The position numbers and the translations under genes are program-made. Under the pieces are notes generated by a model. That model saw nothing but the letters and a program-made list of their open reading frames with translations. It was not told where the DNA came from and did not search any database. 64,000 bases of DNA from Spirochaetia bacterium (GTDB lineage Bacteria; Spirochaetota; Spirochaetia; UBA9216). Position 1 is the first letter of the stretch. The number at the start of each line of letters is the position of its first letter. The stretch spans positions 133,879-197,878 of the forward strand of contig CAXXYH010000001.1 of assembly GCA_963677925.2 (NCBI GenBank). Direction: 5' to 3'. This document shows, piece by piece, positions 48,564-57,731 of the stretch.

Positions 48564-49321
48564 ATAAGACTGCTGAAATTTTCAGCGGTACTATACCTCC
48601 CTGGATTATGCGGTTTGTAAAACAGACCGGTAAAGGTATTAACCGCTTTAATATGATTAAAGAAAATGACAAAGTCGTTATAGGCGTATCAGGCGGCAAA
48701 GATTCTCTCGCCCTGGCTTTTGCTCTGGCTCTCAGGCGCAGATGGCTGCCTATAAAATATGAGCTCACGGCGGTTCACATCAACTGGAAAGAGTATCCTG
48801 TAACTGAAAAGCAGATTGCTGATTTACAGGAGTTCTTTGCTATTCTTGAAATCCCTTTTAAAACCATTGATGTCAGTATGTTCCCGGATTCATTCAATGA
48901 AAATTTTAACTGCTATCTCTGTTCAAGAAATCGAAAGAGGGTTCTCTTTACAGAAGCTGAAGCCATCGGGGCAAATATAGTAGCGCTTGGACATCATCTG
49001 GATGATATTGTAGAAACGACAATGATAAATCTCTGTTTTAGAGGCCGTTTTACAACTATGCTGCCTGTTCAGGAGTTTTTCGGAGGTAAACTGCATATTG
49101 TGCGCCCCATGTGCGAGGTTAAAGAATCCGCAGTTTCAAGGCTCACCCAGGCTCTTGAATTTCCTGTATGCAAATCACCCTGTCCGTACAATGATACAAA
49201 TATAAGGAGTAAGGTAAAACCGATAATCAGTGAGCTTTCACATATTGATAAATTAACAAGAGAACATATATATAATTCATTCTGGAAGGATAAGGACGAC
49301 TTCAATGATCTTCAGAAGTAA
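48560..49321 (+). CDS. ttcA: tRNA 2-thiocytidine synthetase TtcA family
   Basis: PP-loop SGGKDS, CYLCSRNRK, ALGHHLDD, IVRP, C..PCP. Confidence 0.85.
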   Translation: MNKTAEIFSGTIPPWIMRFVKQTGKGINRFNMIKENDKVVIGVSGGKDSLALAFALALRRRWLPIKYELTAVHINWKEYPVTEKQIADLQEFFAILEIPFKTIDVSMFPDSFNENFNCYLCSRNRKRVLFTEAEAIGANIVALGHHLDDIVETTMINLCFRGRFTTMLPVQEFFGGKLHIVRPMCEVKESAVSRLTQALEFPVCKSPCPYNDTNIRSKVKPIISELSHIDKLTREHIYNSFWKDKDDFNDLQK

Positions 49322-49367
49322 TGGACTTTCTTTTGATTCCATAATAAATTATTAACAGAGGAGTAGA

Positions 49368-49805
49368 ATGAAATACACCAAACTGATGAAAGAACGAATA
49401 CGCAGAGTTTCAGTCCTTTTTAAAGAGCTAGGATATGATCTGTCAGATGGAGAAATGACGGAAAATACCTATTCTGCAGGTTATGAAAAAGAATCAGTGT
49501 TTCAGGGCGGCTTTTTTATTGATGATGACAGTAAATTTCTTGAAGTTGCCTTTACATTCTCATTCTCCTCAAGAATGGGATCATATGTTCAGGATAGACT
49601 GGAAGAGATGCTTAAGATCTGCTATGAGTATGGATGTTATATGAATATTCAGAAATTTGAAGAATATAACTTTTCTGTTTTCTCAAAGATTTACTTTGCA
49701 GGTCTGAACTATTATGCTTTAAAAGAGACACTCAGAGATTTTCAGTATTGTGTTGAAGATCTCAAGGAGATTATTGAAATAAACTCCGAAGTCCAGGAGG
49801 ATTAG
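49368..49805 (+). CDS. Hypothetical protein (possibly YbjN/T3SS-chaperone-like fold)
   Basis: 145-aa acidic alpha-beta ORF with SD gaggag. The fold guess is from pattern only. Confidence 0.6.
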   Translation: MKYTKLMKERIRRVSVLFKELGYDLSDGEMTENTYSAGYEKESVFQGGFFIDDDSKFLEVAFTFSFSSRMGSYVQDRLEEMLKICYEYGCYMNIQKFEEYNFSVFSKIYFAGLNYYALKETLRDFQYCVEDLKEIIEINSEVQED

Positions 49806-50519
49806 ATGAAACCGCATAATATCATGGAAGATCTTGTTGTACAAACTGTTGAGGAACTGTTTGAAAACCCGTCGCTTGTGAACCGTACCGGATGTGTTGA
49901 TAACAGACAGTGCCGTACTGATGTAGTATGCTATGTATTAAACCGTCTGAAACCGATGTACACTACCTCAGGACGGGGGCTTACTCATATAGAAAAATCT
50001 TATCTGGAAAAACCGCAGATAGTTGCTGATATTACTGCGCTTGCAAATGAAGGACTTCGTCAGGTCGGGACCCATATGCGACCTGAAGATACAGCTATAA
50101 ACGATATTCATGAATTTTCACAAAAATTCTTCTTTAATTTTCCAATCATTAAAGGAAAAGTTTATAACGGAAAAACTTTTGCACCATATTTTGGTTCTGA
50201 AGTTAAACTTTTTCTTAATAATAACCCAGCCAAAATGCGTGACAAAAGCTGGCAGAACCCATGTCCGCTGGTATCTGAAACCGACGGTATCTTCATGTTC
50301 TGGCCGTTTCCGGAAGAAGCTGAAAACATGGGTAATGAACAGACCTTTTCATTTAGAATTGAGATTGAAGCAGATGGTTTTAAACCTGTAAAACATTTTT
50401 TCTCAATGGAAATTACAGCTGAAGATGCTTTTGTAGATGCAATGGAGATCGATTGTATCCATAAGCTTGACGATATTTATCTGTTTCCTGCCGATGAACC
50501 GGAAGAAATTGGGCTTTGA
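49806..50519 (+). CDS. ComFB-family protein with a C-terminal beta-sandwich
   Basis: HNIMEDLV..CRTDVVCYVLNRLKPMY matches the ComFB pattern; C-domain IKGKVYNG..GIFMFWP..EADGFKP. Confidence 0.85.
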   Translation: MKPHNIMEDLVVQTVEELFENPSLVNRTGCVDNRQCRTDVVCYVLNRLKPMYTTSGRGLTHIEKSYLEKPQIVADITALANEGLRQVGTHMRPEDTAINDIHEFSQKFFFNFPIIKGKVYNGKTFAPYFGSEVKLFLNNNPAKMRDKSWQNPCPLVSETDGIFMFWPFPEEAENMGNEQTFSFRIEIEADGFKPVKHFFSMEITAEDAFVDAMEIDCIHKLDDIYLFPADEPEEIGL

Positions 50520-50556
50520 AAAGGGGGGGCAAAGCCCGCTTTAGATCAAATCCGGA

Positions 50557-50847
50557 TTAATAACGTTCTGAATGAATTTCAACATCATGAAGTCTGCCGG
50601 GAACTTCGTCTTCCGCGAATCTTAATATTTTATGCATTACCTGTTCACCATACTGAACTGAATTTGATACAAGGGCTATACCAATCTGGGTGAATCGCAG
50701 TGAATCCTGAAGATCGACCTCAGCAGCAGAAACTTTAAATTTCCGGATAAGTTTCTCCTTGAAAGACTTCACAATACGGCGTTTGTCTTTGATATTCTCT
50801 ACTTCCGGCAGCTCAAAGACAAACTGAATCATTGAAACTATCATCAA
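50557..50847 (-). CDS. DUF503 (YlxP-like) protein
   Basis: IKDKRRIVKS..KFKVSAAEVDLQD..IGIALVSN. Confidence 0.88.
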   Translation of the reverse strand: MMIVSMIQFVFELPEVENIKDKRRIVKSFKEKLIRKFKVSAAEVDLQDSLRFTQIGIALVSNSVQYGEQVMHKILRFAEDEVPGRLHDVEIHSERY

Positions 50848-51953
50848 AAAAGATTTTTAATATCATCCATCTTTAATTCAAGAGAATCTGCATCTATAGA
50901 GGACTCTTCAGCATGACTGCGATCCTTCATAGGCAGAAAAACCTTATTATATTCAGAGGCAAGTCTGAATATATCATCATCTTTGAAGTCAGCGGGAATT
51001 TTTACCTCAAAATTATATGATTTTTCTGAAAGGCCCCTGCGCATTACGTGAACAGGATCACTTATTGTAATCGCAAAATGCGGACTGTAGAAAAGAGTAT
51101 ATGCAACAACAAGCCCCACAATCAGGATAAAATACACAAGATTATCGCGAGACTGAATCTTTTCCAGCTGTCTGTTGTCAAAAAAGAACTGGTAATTCCC
51201 GTATTCGGCGAAGGTATAATCATTGAATCCGAAATTAGCCGAGTAAAAATCATTACCGTACCGGCTGAAAAGGGTTTGATTATTTTCTTTTACTATAAGG
51301 AGTGTTCGGAAATATTCAGCTGAATCTGAATTACCTTCACTATATGCATAGATAACATCGGTCATTACTTCTTTGTTATAGTTTTCTGCTGAGGGGAGTC
51401 CGGTTATCTGAGATATTATAGATGTTATAAATAAAATAAAAACAAACACTGAAACACCCATCGCGGCAATTTTAGAAACATGTCTTTGCGCCATTTCACT
51501 TTCAGCATTTTTAATCTGCTTAAATATTTTAAGAACACGAAGCAGCCTGAGTACTCTGGCAATTCTTACTGCTTTTATAACCTTTAGTATGTTCAGTATT
51601 CCCGCTGTACTTCCCACAGCGCCTCCGCCGAAGAGAATAGCTGCAGCTATGGGGCCGGAGTTGAAAACCAGAAGGGGAATGGAGGCCATAAAGTCAATCC
51701 AGCCCTTTTCGAGAAATATATATTCTCTGACCATGCCCTTTTTTGATGCTGAAACAAGCCGTGTAATAAATTCAACAGTAAAAAAAAGGTCAAAGAAAAA
51801 ACCGGCTAAAATTATGCTGCTGCGGACTGCCCATGTAAATCCAAGCAGTACGGCAAGATCTTCAAGAAATGTCTGTATTAGTACAAGAAGTATAGCTGCA
51901 ATAACAACGTTTTCAAGTATATCGGTTATTTTCTTATTCATAAGTTCTACCAT
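50844..51953 (-). CDS. Voltage-sensor-like (Ion_trans S1-S4) membrane protein with an extracytoplasmic loop and HAMP-like tail
   Basis: S2 FDLFFTVEFITR, S3 GWIDFMASIP, S4 KAVRIARVLRLLRVLKIFK; no pore signature; C-terminal ISDP..DDDIFRLASEYN. Confidence 0.8.
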   Translation of the reverse strand: MVELMNKKITDILENVVIAAILLVLIQTFLEDLAVLLGFTWAVRSSIILAGFFFDLFFTVEFITRLVSASKKGMVREYIFLEKGWIDFMASIPLLVFNSGPIAAAILFGGGAVGSTAGILNILKVIKAVRIARVLRLLRVLKIFKQIKNAESEMAQRHVSKIAAMGVSVFVFILFITSIISQITGLPSAENYNKEVMTDVIYAYSEGNSDSAEYFRTLLIVKENNQTLFSRYGNDFYSANFGFNDYTFAEYGNYQFFFDNRQLEKIQSRDNLVYFILIVGLVVAYTLFYSPHFAITISDPVHVMRRGLSEKSYNFEVKIPADFKDDDIFRLASEYNKVFLPMKDRSHAEESSIDADSLELKMDDIKNLF

Positions 51954-52882
51954 CCATAATCAGCGGCTATGATATATAGTTCATCCAGCATTTTCAGGTC
52001 ATAGCCGTAGAATTTATAATTCTTTCTGGATACGTTTATCCAGCTCTTGAGTGCGGTATCAGCTCCTTTATCGACAGCCATTCCGGGTTTATAATTTCTG
52101 CTCATTGAAGCCAGAATGTTGCTCATCCTTGCACTTGCTTCAAGCTGATGATCATCAGAGAATGAAGCGCTTGAGTTCATTCCGCTGTAAAATATCTGCT
52201 GCGGAATTTCAGGAAATTTCTGTACAAATGTAGCCGCTACATTCTTTGTAAACTGACTGAGAAATACATGACCGTTCGCAGTATTGCGGACTGCGGTATT
52301 TTCAGGGATATACATATAGATTAAGGGTTTGATCAGCAGGATAGTATTCATCAAATGAAGAGCATCAGATTCGCTGAGTCTCAGTTTTTCAACTTTAGTA
52401 AGTTCAAAATGAATATATTTTTTCCGTTTATATATCTCGCTTATATATTTTCTGACTATTCCGGTTGTTATTGCTGTATATGAACCTGTGAGCACCCTTC
52501 TTACCTGCTCATTATTAACACCATCAAGGAGTATCTTTGTCAGAACTTCTTTTGACTGATCACTTGTAATACCGCGGTCTTCGATAAGAGTGAAGAAAGT
52601 TGTATCGATCTGTCCAATGATTTCATTGAATTCTGGCAGAAGTTCCATGTTTGTTATTTCATAAAGAGTTGATACAAGAATGCCCCAGATATTGTTCCAT
52701 TCCCAGTTTTTAAAAAAATTATCCGAAGAAAGTGTCGGATATAGCTGTTTTGCATTTAAGGACAGAAATTGAAGGATCTGTTCTTCACGCTGCAGTGTGC
52801 TCATAGTTTTTAAAGCCGGATTAGCAGTCAGCCGGGCTATAAAAGTTTGAGCTTTTTGTTTATCGGTATCGCTGAATTCCAT
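51947..52882 (-). CDS. Hypothetical cytoplasmic helical protein
   Basis: Likely start ATG 52882; overlaps the downstream voltage-sensor gene. Confidence 0.7.
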   Translation of the reverse strand: MEFSDTDKQKAQTFIARLTANPALKTMSTLQREEQILQFLSLNAKQLYPTLSSDNFFKNWEWNNIWGILVSTLYEITNMELLPEFNEIIGQIDTTFFTLIEDRGITSDQSKEVLTKILLDGVNNEQVRRVLTGSYTAITTGIVRKYISEIYKRKKYIHFELTKVEKLRLSESDALHLMNTILLIKPLIYMYIPENTAVRNTANGHVFLSQFTKNVAATFVQKFPEIPQQIFYSGMNSSASFSDDHQLEASARMSNILASMSRNYKPGMAVDKGADTALKSWINVSRKNYKFYGYDLKMLDELYIIAADYGW

Positions 52883-52964
52883 TGTTTTTATTTTCGTCAA
52901 AAGGACTTAAAAAATCAACTCAACTGTGACAAAACAGAATAAATCGCGTTATACTGTTTTTCAG

Positions 52965-55900
52965 ATGCCGGAATTTAAAAACCATCTATTTGGACTGCTA
53001 TTATTTTCTGTATTATCAGTATTCTCATTCCCGGTTTTTTCTGAAGATGTTTTACTGCCAGAAGAGGAAGCTCCGGAGCATTTTCTTGATCTGGGAATGG
53101 ACAGCGCAGATGTAATGCTTTTTGTAACAGGAAGCTGGAAAATCGGTTTATATGCAAGTTACGGTTTCGGCTGGTCTGAAAACTATGGTTTTGATTACAC
53201 GGCTGGTTACCCGGGACTTAATACAAATTTTACTTTTGAACATTCACCTGATTTTACGGCTTCATTGAACATTCTAGACAGGTATATTTTTGAAACAACC
53301 TTCACCGACGATCTTGAAGAATCCACCTTTATGCTTGGTTACAGGGGAAAGGAAAATGAATTTCTTCAGGATGTAAGTCTTGGAAATATGGGCCTGGATC
53401 TTCAGAAACAGAGCAGTATGTCGGATTATTATTTTGTTCCCGACGGAAGCTATTCAGCTTTCGGAGCATATACCCGTTTTCAGAGCCCCTTCTCTACCCA
53501 TGAACTTCTCCTTAGATTTGACCCTGAGGATGAACTGACTAAAACTTATATCGGCAGTGATCTGGTGACTGAAATTGAACTTGAAACATACGAGTATCTT
53601 CAAAACCGGTATTTTATTGTGCCTGACGGCCCCTCGGATGCAGTCTTCTATACTGAAATTTCCGAGGATGATGAATATTCACTGACTATGAACTGGGGAG
53701 ACAGTCAAAGATATTTTATTGTGTGCGACTCCGCCGACTATTCGTATAACCCCGGAACCGGGATACTTGTTTTCAGTGATGAACAAGACGGTGCAATACT
53801 TGCTCTATCATCAGATTTTTCCTGGACTTCAACGGTTGAAAATCCGTATATTACTTCTCCTGTAAAAACACTGGCAGACTACTCAGAAATTACAACCGCA
53901 GGCACCGTTCTTATGCTTTCTGATCCGGGAACCTTTTCACCCTTCCAGTCATGCTCAGCATACAGTTTCGGTTCATCGCTGCCTGATGACAGCTATAAAA
54001 CAAGGGTCTATCTTGCCGAAGATGCATCCCTGTTAAATTCTGCGCTCGAACCCGGTTATTCCGCCGATAAGGATGCCGGAATCATTATAATTAAATCTGT
54101 ATCCGGAAGTGATGTCCGGTATCCGCTGTACAACCTGAGCGGAGGATACAGCCGAATATATGGACCGCAGGCTGTAAGCGGAGATGGCTTTACAGGCAGG
54201 AAGGTAATTATTCAGACTCTGGAAGAACAGGAGAGCTACAATATTGATGATGCCGTCGACGGATCTGTTAGAATTTATATTAACGGAGAAAAAACTACTG
54301 ACTGGGAACTCGGCAGCGGCGGTGTCATTACATTTAATACGCAGCCGGCTTCTACCGACAGAATTGTCATAAATTACCACACACAGTCAAGTCTTGAAGC
54401 AGGTTCTGATATTCTGTTTGCATCTGCAAATACTTTCTCTGTTTCTCCTTCAATTACTGCAGGCTTTGATACCGGTTTAAAATGGAATATTACATCAGGA
54501 AAATACTCTGAATATGACGGACAGAACGAAGGAATGCTCTATGCCGCAGCAGACTTATCCTATTTAAAAGAGTTTGAAGCCTCAGGGATAAAAATTGAAG
54601 CAGGTCTTCAGACTGCTGTAAAACTGGAAACAACAAATACAAACGGGCTTTTACGACTTCGGGATATGAATGAATCCGGATTAAATATAAATTTCAGCAG
54701 TAAGAATATATATCCTGCCTCGCCATCAGGTATCATTGATGGTGGTTTAACAAACAGCAGCCGCGGAATTCTTTATTATAAGGATTACAGGTATACAGCC
54801 GCTTCCAGTTCATATCAGGATTATAATACCGAAATTGATGAAAGCCTTATATTCAGTCCGGCTGATTCCACAGCAGCAGATCTACATAAAGCAGGACCTT
54901 ATATTGCGTCCATACCTGATTCTGACGGCATCGGAATAACAAATGCGCTTATTCTTGATTATGAACTGGCAGACAGCACTGAATGGGTCGGAATGCAGTT
55001 TCCGCTGAATAAAGGCGGAAACAATCTGGATATAAGCATGTATAAATCATTCAGTTTCTATATGAAATCGGAAGGAGATATATCAGATTTGTCTGTTTAT
55101 ATTGAAGCCGGTTCGGTAGCTGAGGATCTCGACGCAGACGGTTATATCGATGAAGAATCCAGTGAGTATTCAGAGGGTTTCTTTTTTAATGATCCGAATT
55201 CCTCATCCGGCACATTAATCGGCGGAGACAACCAAAACGGTTCAAATGATGTTCTTGACAGTGAAGATATTAATGAAAACGGAATCGCGGACCGTGAAAA
55301 AACCGGCTCAATAGCTATGTTTGAAAGCGGAACTGATTTTCAGCTGCCTGGAAACGGCTGGAAAAAAATCAGGTGTTATTTTACAGACAGCGGAGCTGCA
55401 GCTTCTTCCCTTCTAAAAGACTCGGAGTTTTTAAGAATTACAGTAAAAAGCAATACTGGTGCGGCTGACGGCAGACTTATGTTTACAGATTTTAAGTTTG
55501 AAGGTTCATCCATGTATCCAAATACAGAAGAAAGTTACACAGCTCCAAGGTATTCAGAGATTTATGAGGATGACATACTCAGCTCTGAAGCTCCTGATGA
55601 AGCTCTTTCTACAGATTATCTTGGAAGTGAGTCAAATCGCGTTCTTCGAATTGACTGGAACTCAGACTGGAATATGTATTCTTATATAGAACCGGTAGAA
55701 TTCTCGAAATACAGATCCCTTTCATTTTATTATCATGCTCCATTACTAACTGCAGACAGCAATCTTGGTGTCAGGGTTACAGATGGCAGCTCAAACGGAT
55801 ATGAAATGCTCCTTTCAGTTTCTGAAACCTCAGGCTGGCATAAAGTAGAAATGAATTATTCCGATTCCTCTGTATATATCGACGGTGTCTTATCTGCTGA

Positions 55901-57668
55901 TACAGATATCACCGTCTTGGGAAGCCCGGATTCACTGTCACTTATTGAGTTTTTTATAGATGACACAATCGGCGGGACAGTTTTTATTGATGAGATTAAC
56001 CTGGAAGATTCAGTTTATTTTGCAGGTGCCGGCCTTTCCGCTAATTTCAGTATTAATTCCGGAAAGGCTGTTCTTAAAGCCGGAGATACAGAAATAATCG
56101 GTGTTACTTCTTTCAGTGAAAATGCAGCCTTTGATTTAAGCGATACCGGAACTGATATTTATGAAATAAGTTCACAAAGCGAAATTTCCACAACTATACT
56201 GGGCAGTAATTTAAAAACATCACTTGGTGTTTATAATTCACAGCAGTATTCAAGATATTCCGGCTATCACAGTCTGCATGTTCCTGTAGCAGGAAGTTCC
56301 CTGGTAATCAACGACGTATATAAATCTGCAGATACTTCAGCTGATGATTTTTCAAAAACAGATTCGGTCATGCTGAACCTTCCCTGGCTTTCAGGTGAAC
56401 TTGCCGGATTTACAGCTTCCCTGTCTGATGATTTGCTTCTTCAGGACTGGAACTCAGCATTAAACTTAAGCATCGGTTCTTTTTACTGCGGAGCTTCAGC
56501 TGCGGTTGTTTTGTCAGGTTCCGGTTATGATCCGGGATGGAAAGGATATTTTGACGGGTGGTTCAATTCTTTCGGTTTAATGCTGCCCTACTATACCGGC
56601 GGGAATATTGAAAGAAGCAGCGCATTCAGTCTGAATCCGGGAATAAAAACCGTACCTGCAGGGTTTGAAACTTCGATTTCACTTGCAGGCAGTGTTGACA
56701 GTGATAACATTAAGACAGACTCATTCGATGCGGACATTGCTGTTCCGTTCAGCCTTCCTGATGAAATTTGGGGAATGACAGCTCGAATCGGCTACAGCAG
56801 GAAGGCTGATTTTACATATGACACTGAAGATACACTTATTGAGGAAGATATTGAGCAGCTGTTCACCACTGTTTCACAGCAGGCGTATCTGTTTAATTCA
56901 ATTCCTGGCTATGAAATGTTCAGTGAAACACTGTCTGAGACCTTCTATGATAACTGTACTGTCAATGAAATTGACTACGCAGAGCTTACCAACAGTCTTT
57001 ACCTGACGCTTAACAGAAAATACAGCAGTCGGATTCTGGATCTATTTCTTCCATCCTTTATGGATATCAGCCTCACCGGAAATATTATTAAGGATTATCT
57101 TGAGCTTGAAAGTGATCTGAGCCTTGATTTTACGGGGCGTTCTACAGCCTTGAATCTTTTCGGTCAGGCTGGAGCACATTCCTTTACAAATTTGTGGTAT
57201 TCAGATGAATACAGCTGGTCTGCAACTGCGATTCTTTCCGGGCTGAGGGATTTGAACCCTGTTCAGGAATACGGTCTTGGTACCTCAGCCGTGTTCTATA
57301 CCGATGAAACAGAATCAATTTCGTTTGAAACAGCATCTGTCCTTCCTTTTAATAATGAGGACATTACAGGATCATTTGAAGCTGCTGTAACCTGGAGCTG
57401 GAACCGCATTCCGGAAAAACCAATCGACCTACCTTTTTTCAGCCCTGAAGAAGAGGAACTTGAAATATTTACAAACGAAGAACTTATGATTTTCGGCTTA
57501 TCAGATTCTTATGATATAGAGCTTAAGCACACAACATCACTAACCATTTTTCAGACTTTTACACTATCCGCTTATATTGAAGCCGGTTTGTCCTATGAAA
57601 ATTCTGATGACGGGAATGTCTGGCTTTTCGGAACGGGTGCCGGTATTAGCGGAAGTGTGATGTATTAA
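52965..57668 (+). CDS. Very large predicted outer-membrane protein with SprA-like motifs
   Basis: Likely start ATG 52965 with a signal peptide; many amphipathic strands; C-terminal Tyr; motifs LGYRGKENEFLQDVSLGN, YEYLQNRYF, SVRIYINGE, GSVAEDLDADG, DSEDINENG. Confidence 0.65.
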   Translation: MPEFKNHLFGLLLFSVLSVFSFPVFSEDVLLPEEEAPEHFLDLGMDSADVMLFVTGSWKIGLYASYGFGWSENYGFDYTAGYPGLNTNFTFEHSPDFTASLNILDRYIFETTFTDDLEESTFMLGYRGKENEFLQDVSLGNMGLDLQKQSSMSDYYFVPDGSYSAFGAYTRFQSPFSTHELLLRFDPEDELTKTYIGSDLVTEIELETYEYLQNRYFIVPDGPSDAVFYTEISEDDEYSLTMNWGDSQRYFIVCDSADYSYNPGTGILVFSDEQDGAILALSSDFSWTSTVENPYITSPVKTLADYSEITTAGTVLMLSDPGTFSPFQSCSAYSFGSSLPDDSYKTRVYLAEDASLLNSALEPGYSADKDAGIIIIKSVSGSDVRYPLYNLSGGYSRIYGPQAVSGDGFTGRKVIIQTLEEQESYNIDDAVDGSVRIYINGEKTTDWELGSGGVITFNTQPASTDRIVINYHTQSSLEAGSDILFASANTFSVSPSITAGFDTGLKWNITSGKYSEYDGQNEGMLYAAADLSYLKEFEASGIKIEAGLQTAVKLETTNTNGLLRLRDMNESGLNINFSSKNIYPASPSGIIDGGLTNSSRGILYYKDYRYTAASSSYQDYNTEIDESLIFSPADSTAADLHKAGPYIASIPDSDGIGITNALILDYELADSTEWVGMQFPLNKGGNNLDISMYKSFSFYMKSEGDISDLSVYIEAGSVAEDLDADGYIDEESSEYSEGFFFNDPNSSSGTLIGGDNQNGSNDVLDSEDINENGIADREKTGSIAMFESGTDFQLPGNGWKKIRCYFTDSGAAASSLLKDSEFLRITVKSNTGAADGRLMFTDFKFEGSSMYPNTEESYTAPRYSEIYEDDILSSEAPDEALSTDYLGSESNRVLRIDWNSDWNMYSYIEPVEFSKYRSLSFYYHAPLLTADSNLGVRVTDGSSNGYEMLLSVSETSGWHKVEMNYSDSSVYIDGVLSADTDITVLGSPDSLSLIEFFIDDTIGGTVFIDEINLEDSVYFAGAGLSANFSINSGKAVLKAGDTEIIGVTSFSENAAFDLSDTGTDIYEISSQSEISTTILGSNLKTSLGVYNSQQYSRYSGYHSLHVPVAGSSLVINDVYKSADTSADDFSKTDSVMLNLPWLSGELAGFTASLSDDLLLQDWNSALNLSIGSFYCGASAAVVLSGSGYDPGWKGYFDGWFNSFGLMLPYYTGGNIERSSAFSLNPGIKTVPAGFETSISLAGSVDSDNIKTDSFDADIAVPFSLPDEIWGMTARIGYSRKADFTYDTEDTLIEEDIEQLFTTVSQQAYLFNSIPGYEMFSETLSETFYDNCTVNEIDYAELTNSLYLTLNRKYSSRILDLFLPSFMDISLTGNIIKDYLELESDLSLDFTGRSTALNLFGQAGAHSFTNLWYSDEYSWSATAILSGLRDLNPVQEYGLGTSAVFYTDETESISFETASVLPFNNEDITGSFEAAVTWSWNRIPEKPIDLPFFSPEEEELEIFTNEELMIFGLSDSYDIELKHTTSLTIFQTFTLSAYIEAGLSYENSDDGNVWLFGTGAGISGSVMY

Positions 57669-57731
57669 TTTACACAGCTAAATTGTTTAATAAGTCGATA
57701 AGGTATATAATATTAACAAGGAGAATTTGTC

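Noticed and set aside
47328-49321. HD + PP-loop genes as a defence or DNA-modification system (Cas3-HD, Dnd, Dpd)
   Set aside because: The motifs fit a SAMHD1-like HD protein and TtcA in a housekeeping operon with aconitase; no partner defence genes are present.
50511-50542. G7 tract and hairpin GGGCTTTG/CAAAGCCC as a phase-variation site
   Set aside because: It is intergenic between convergent stops and more simply a weak terminator.
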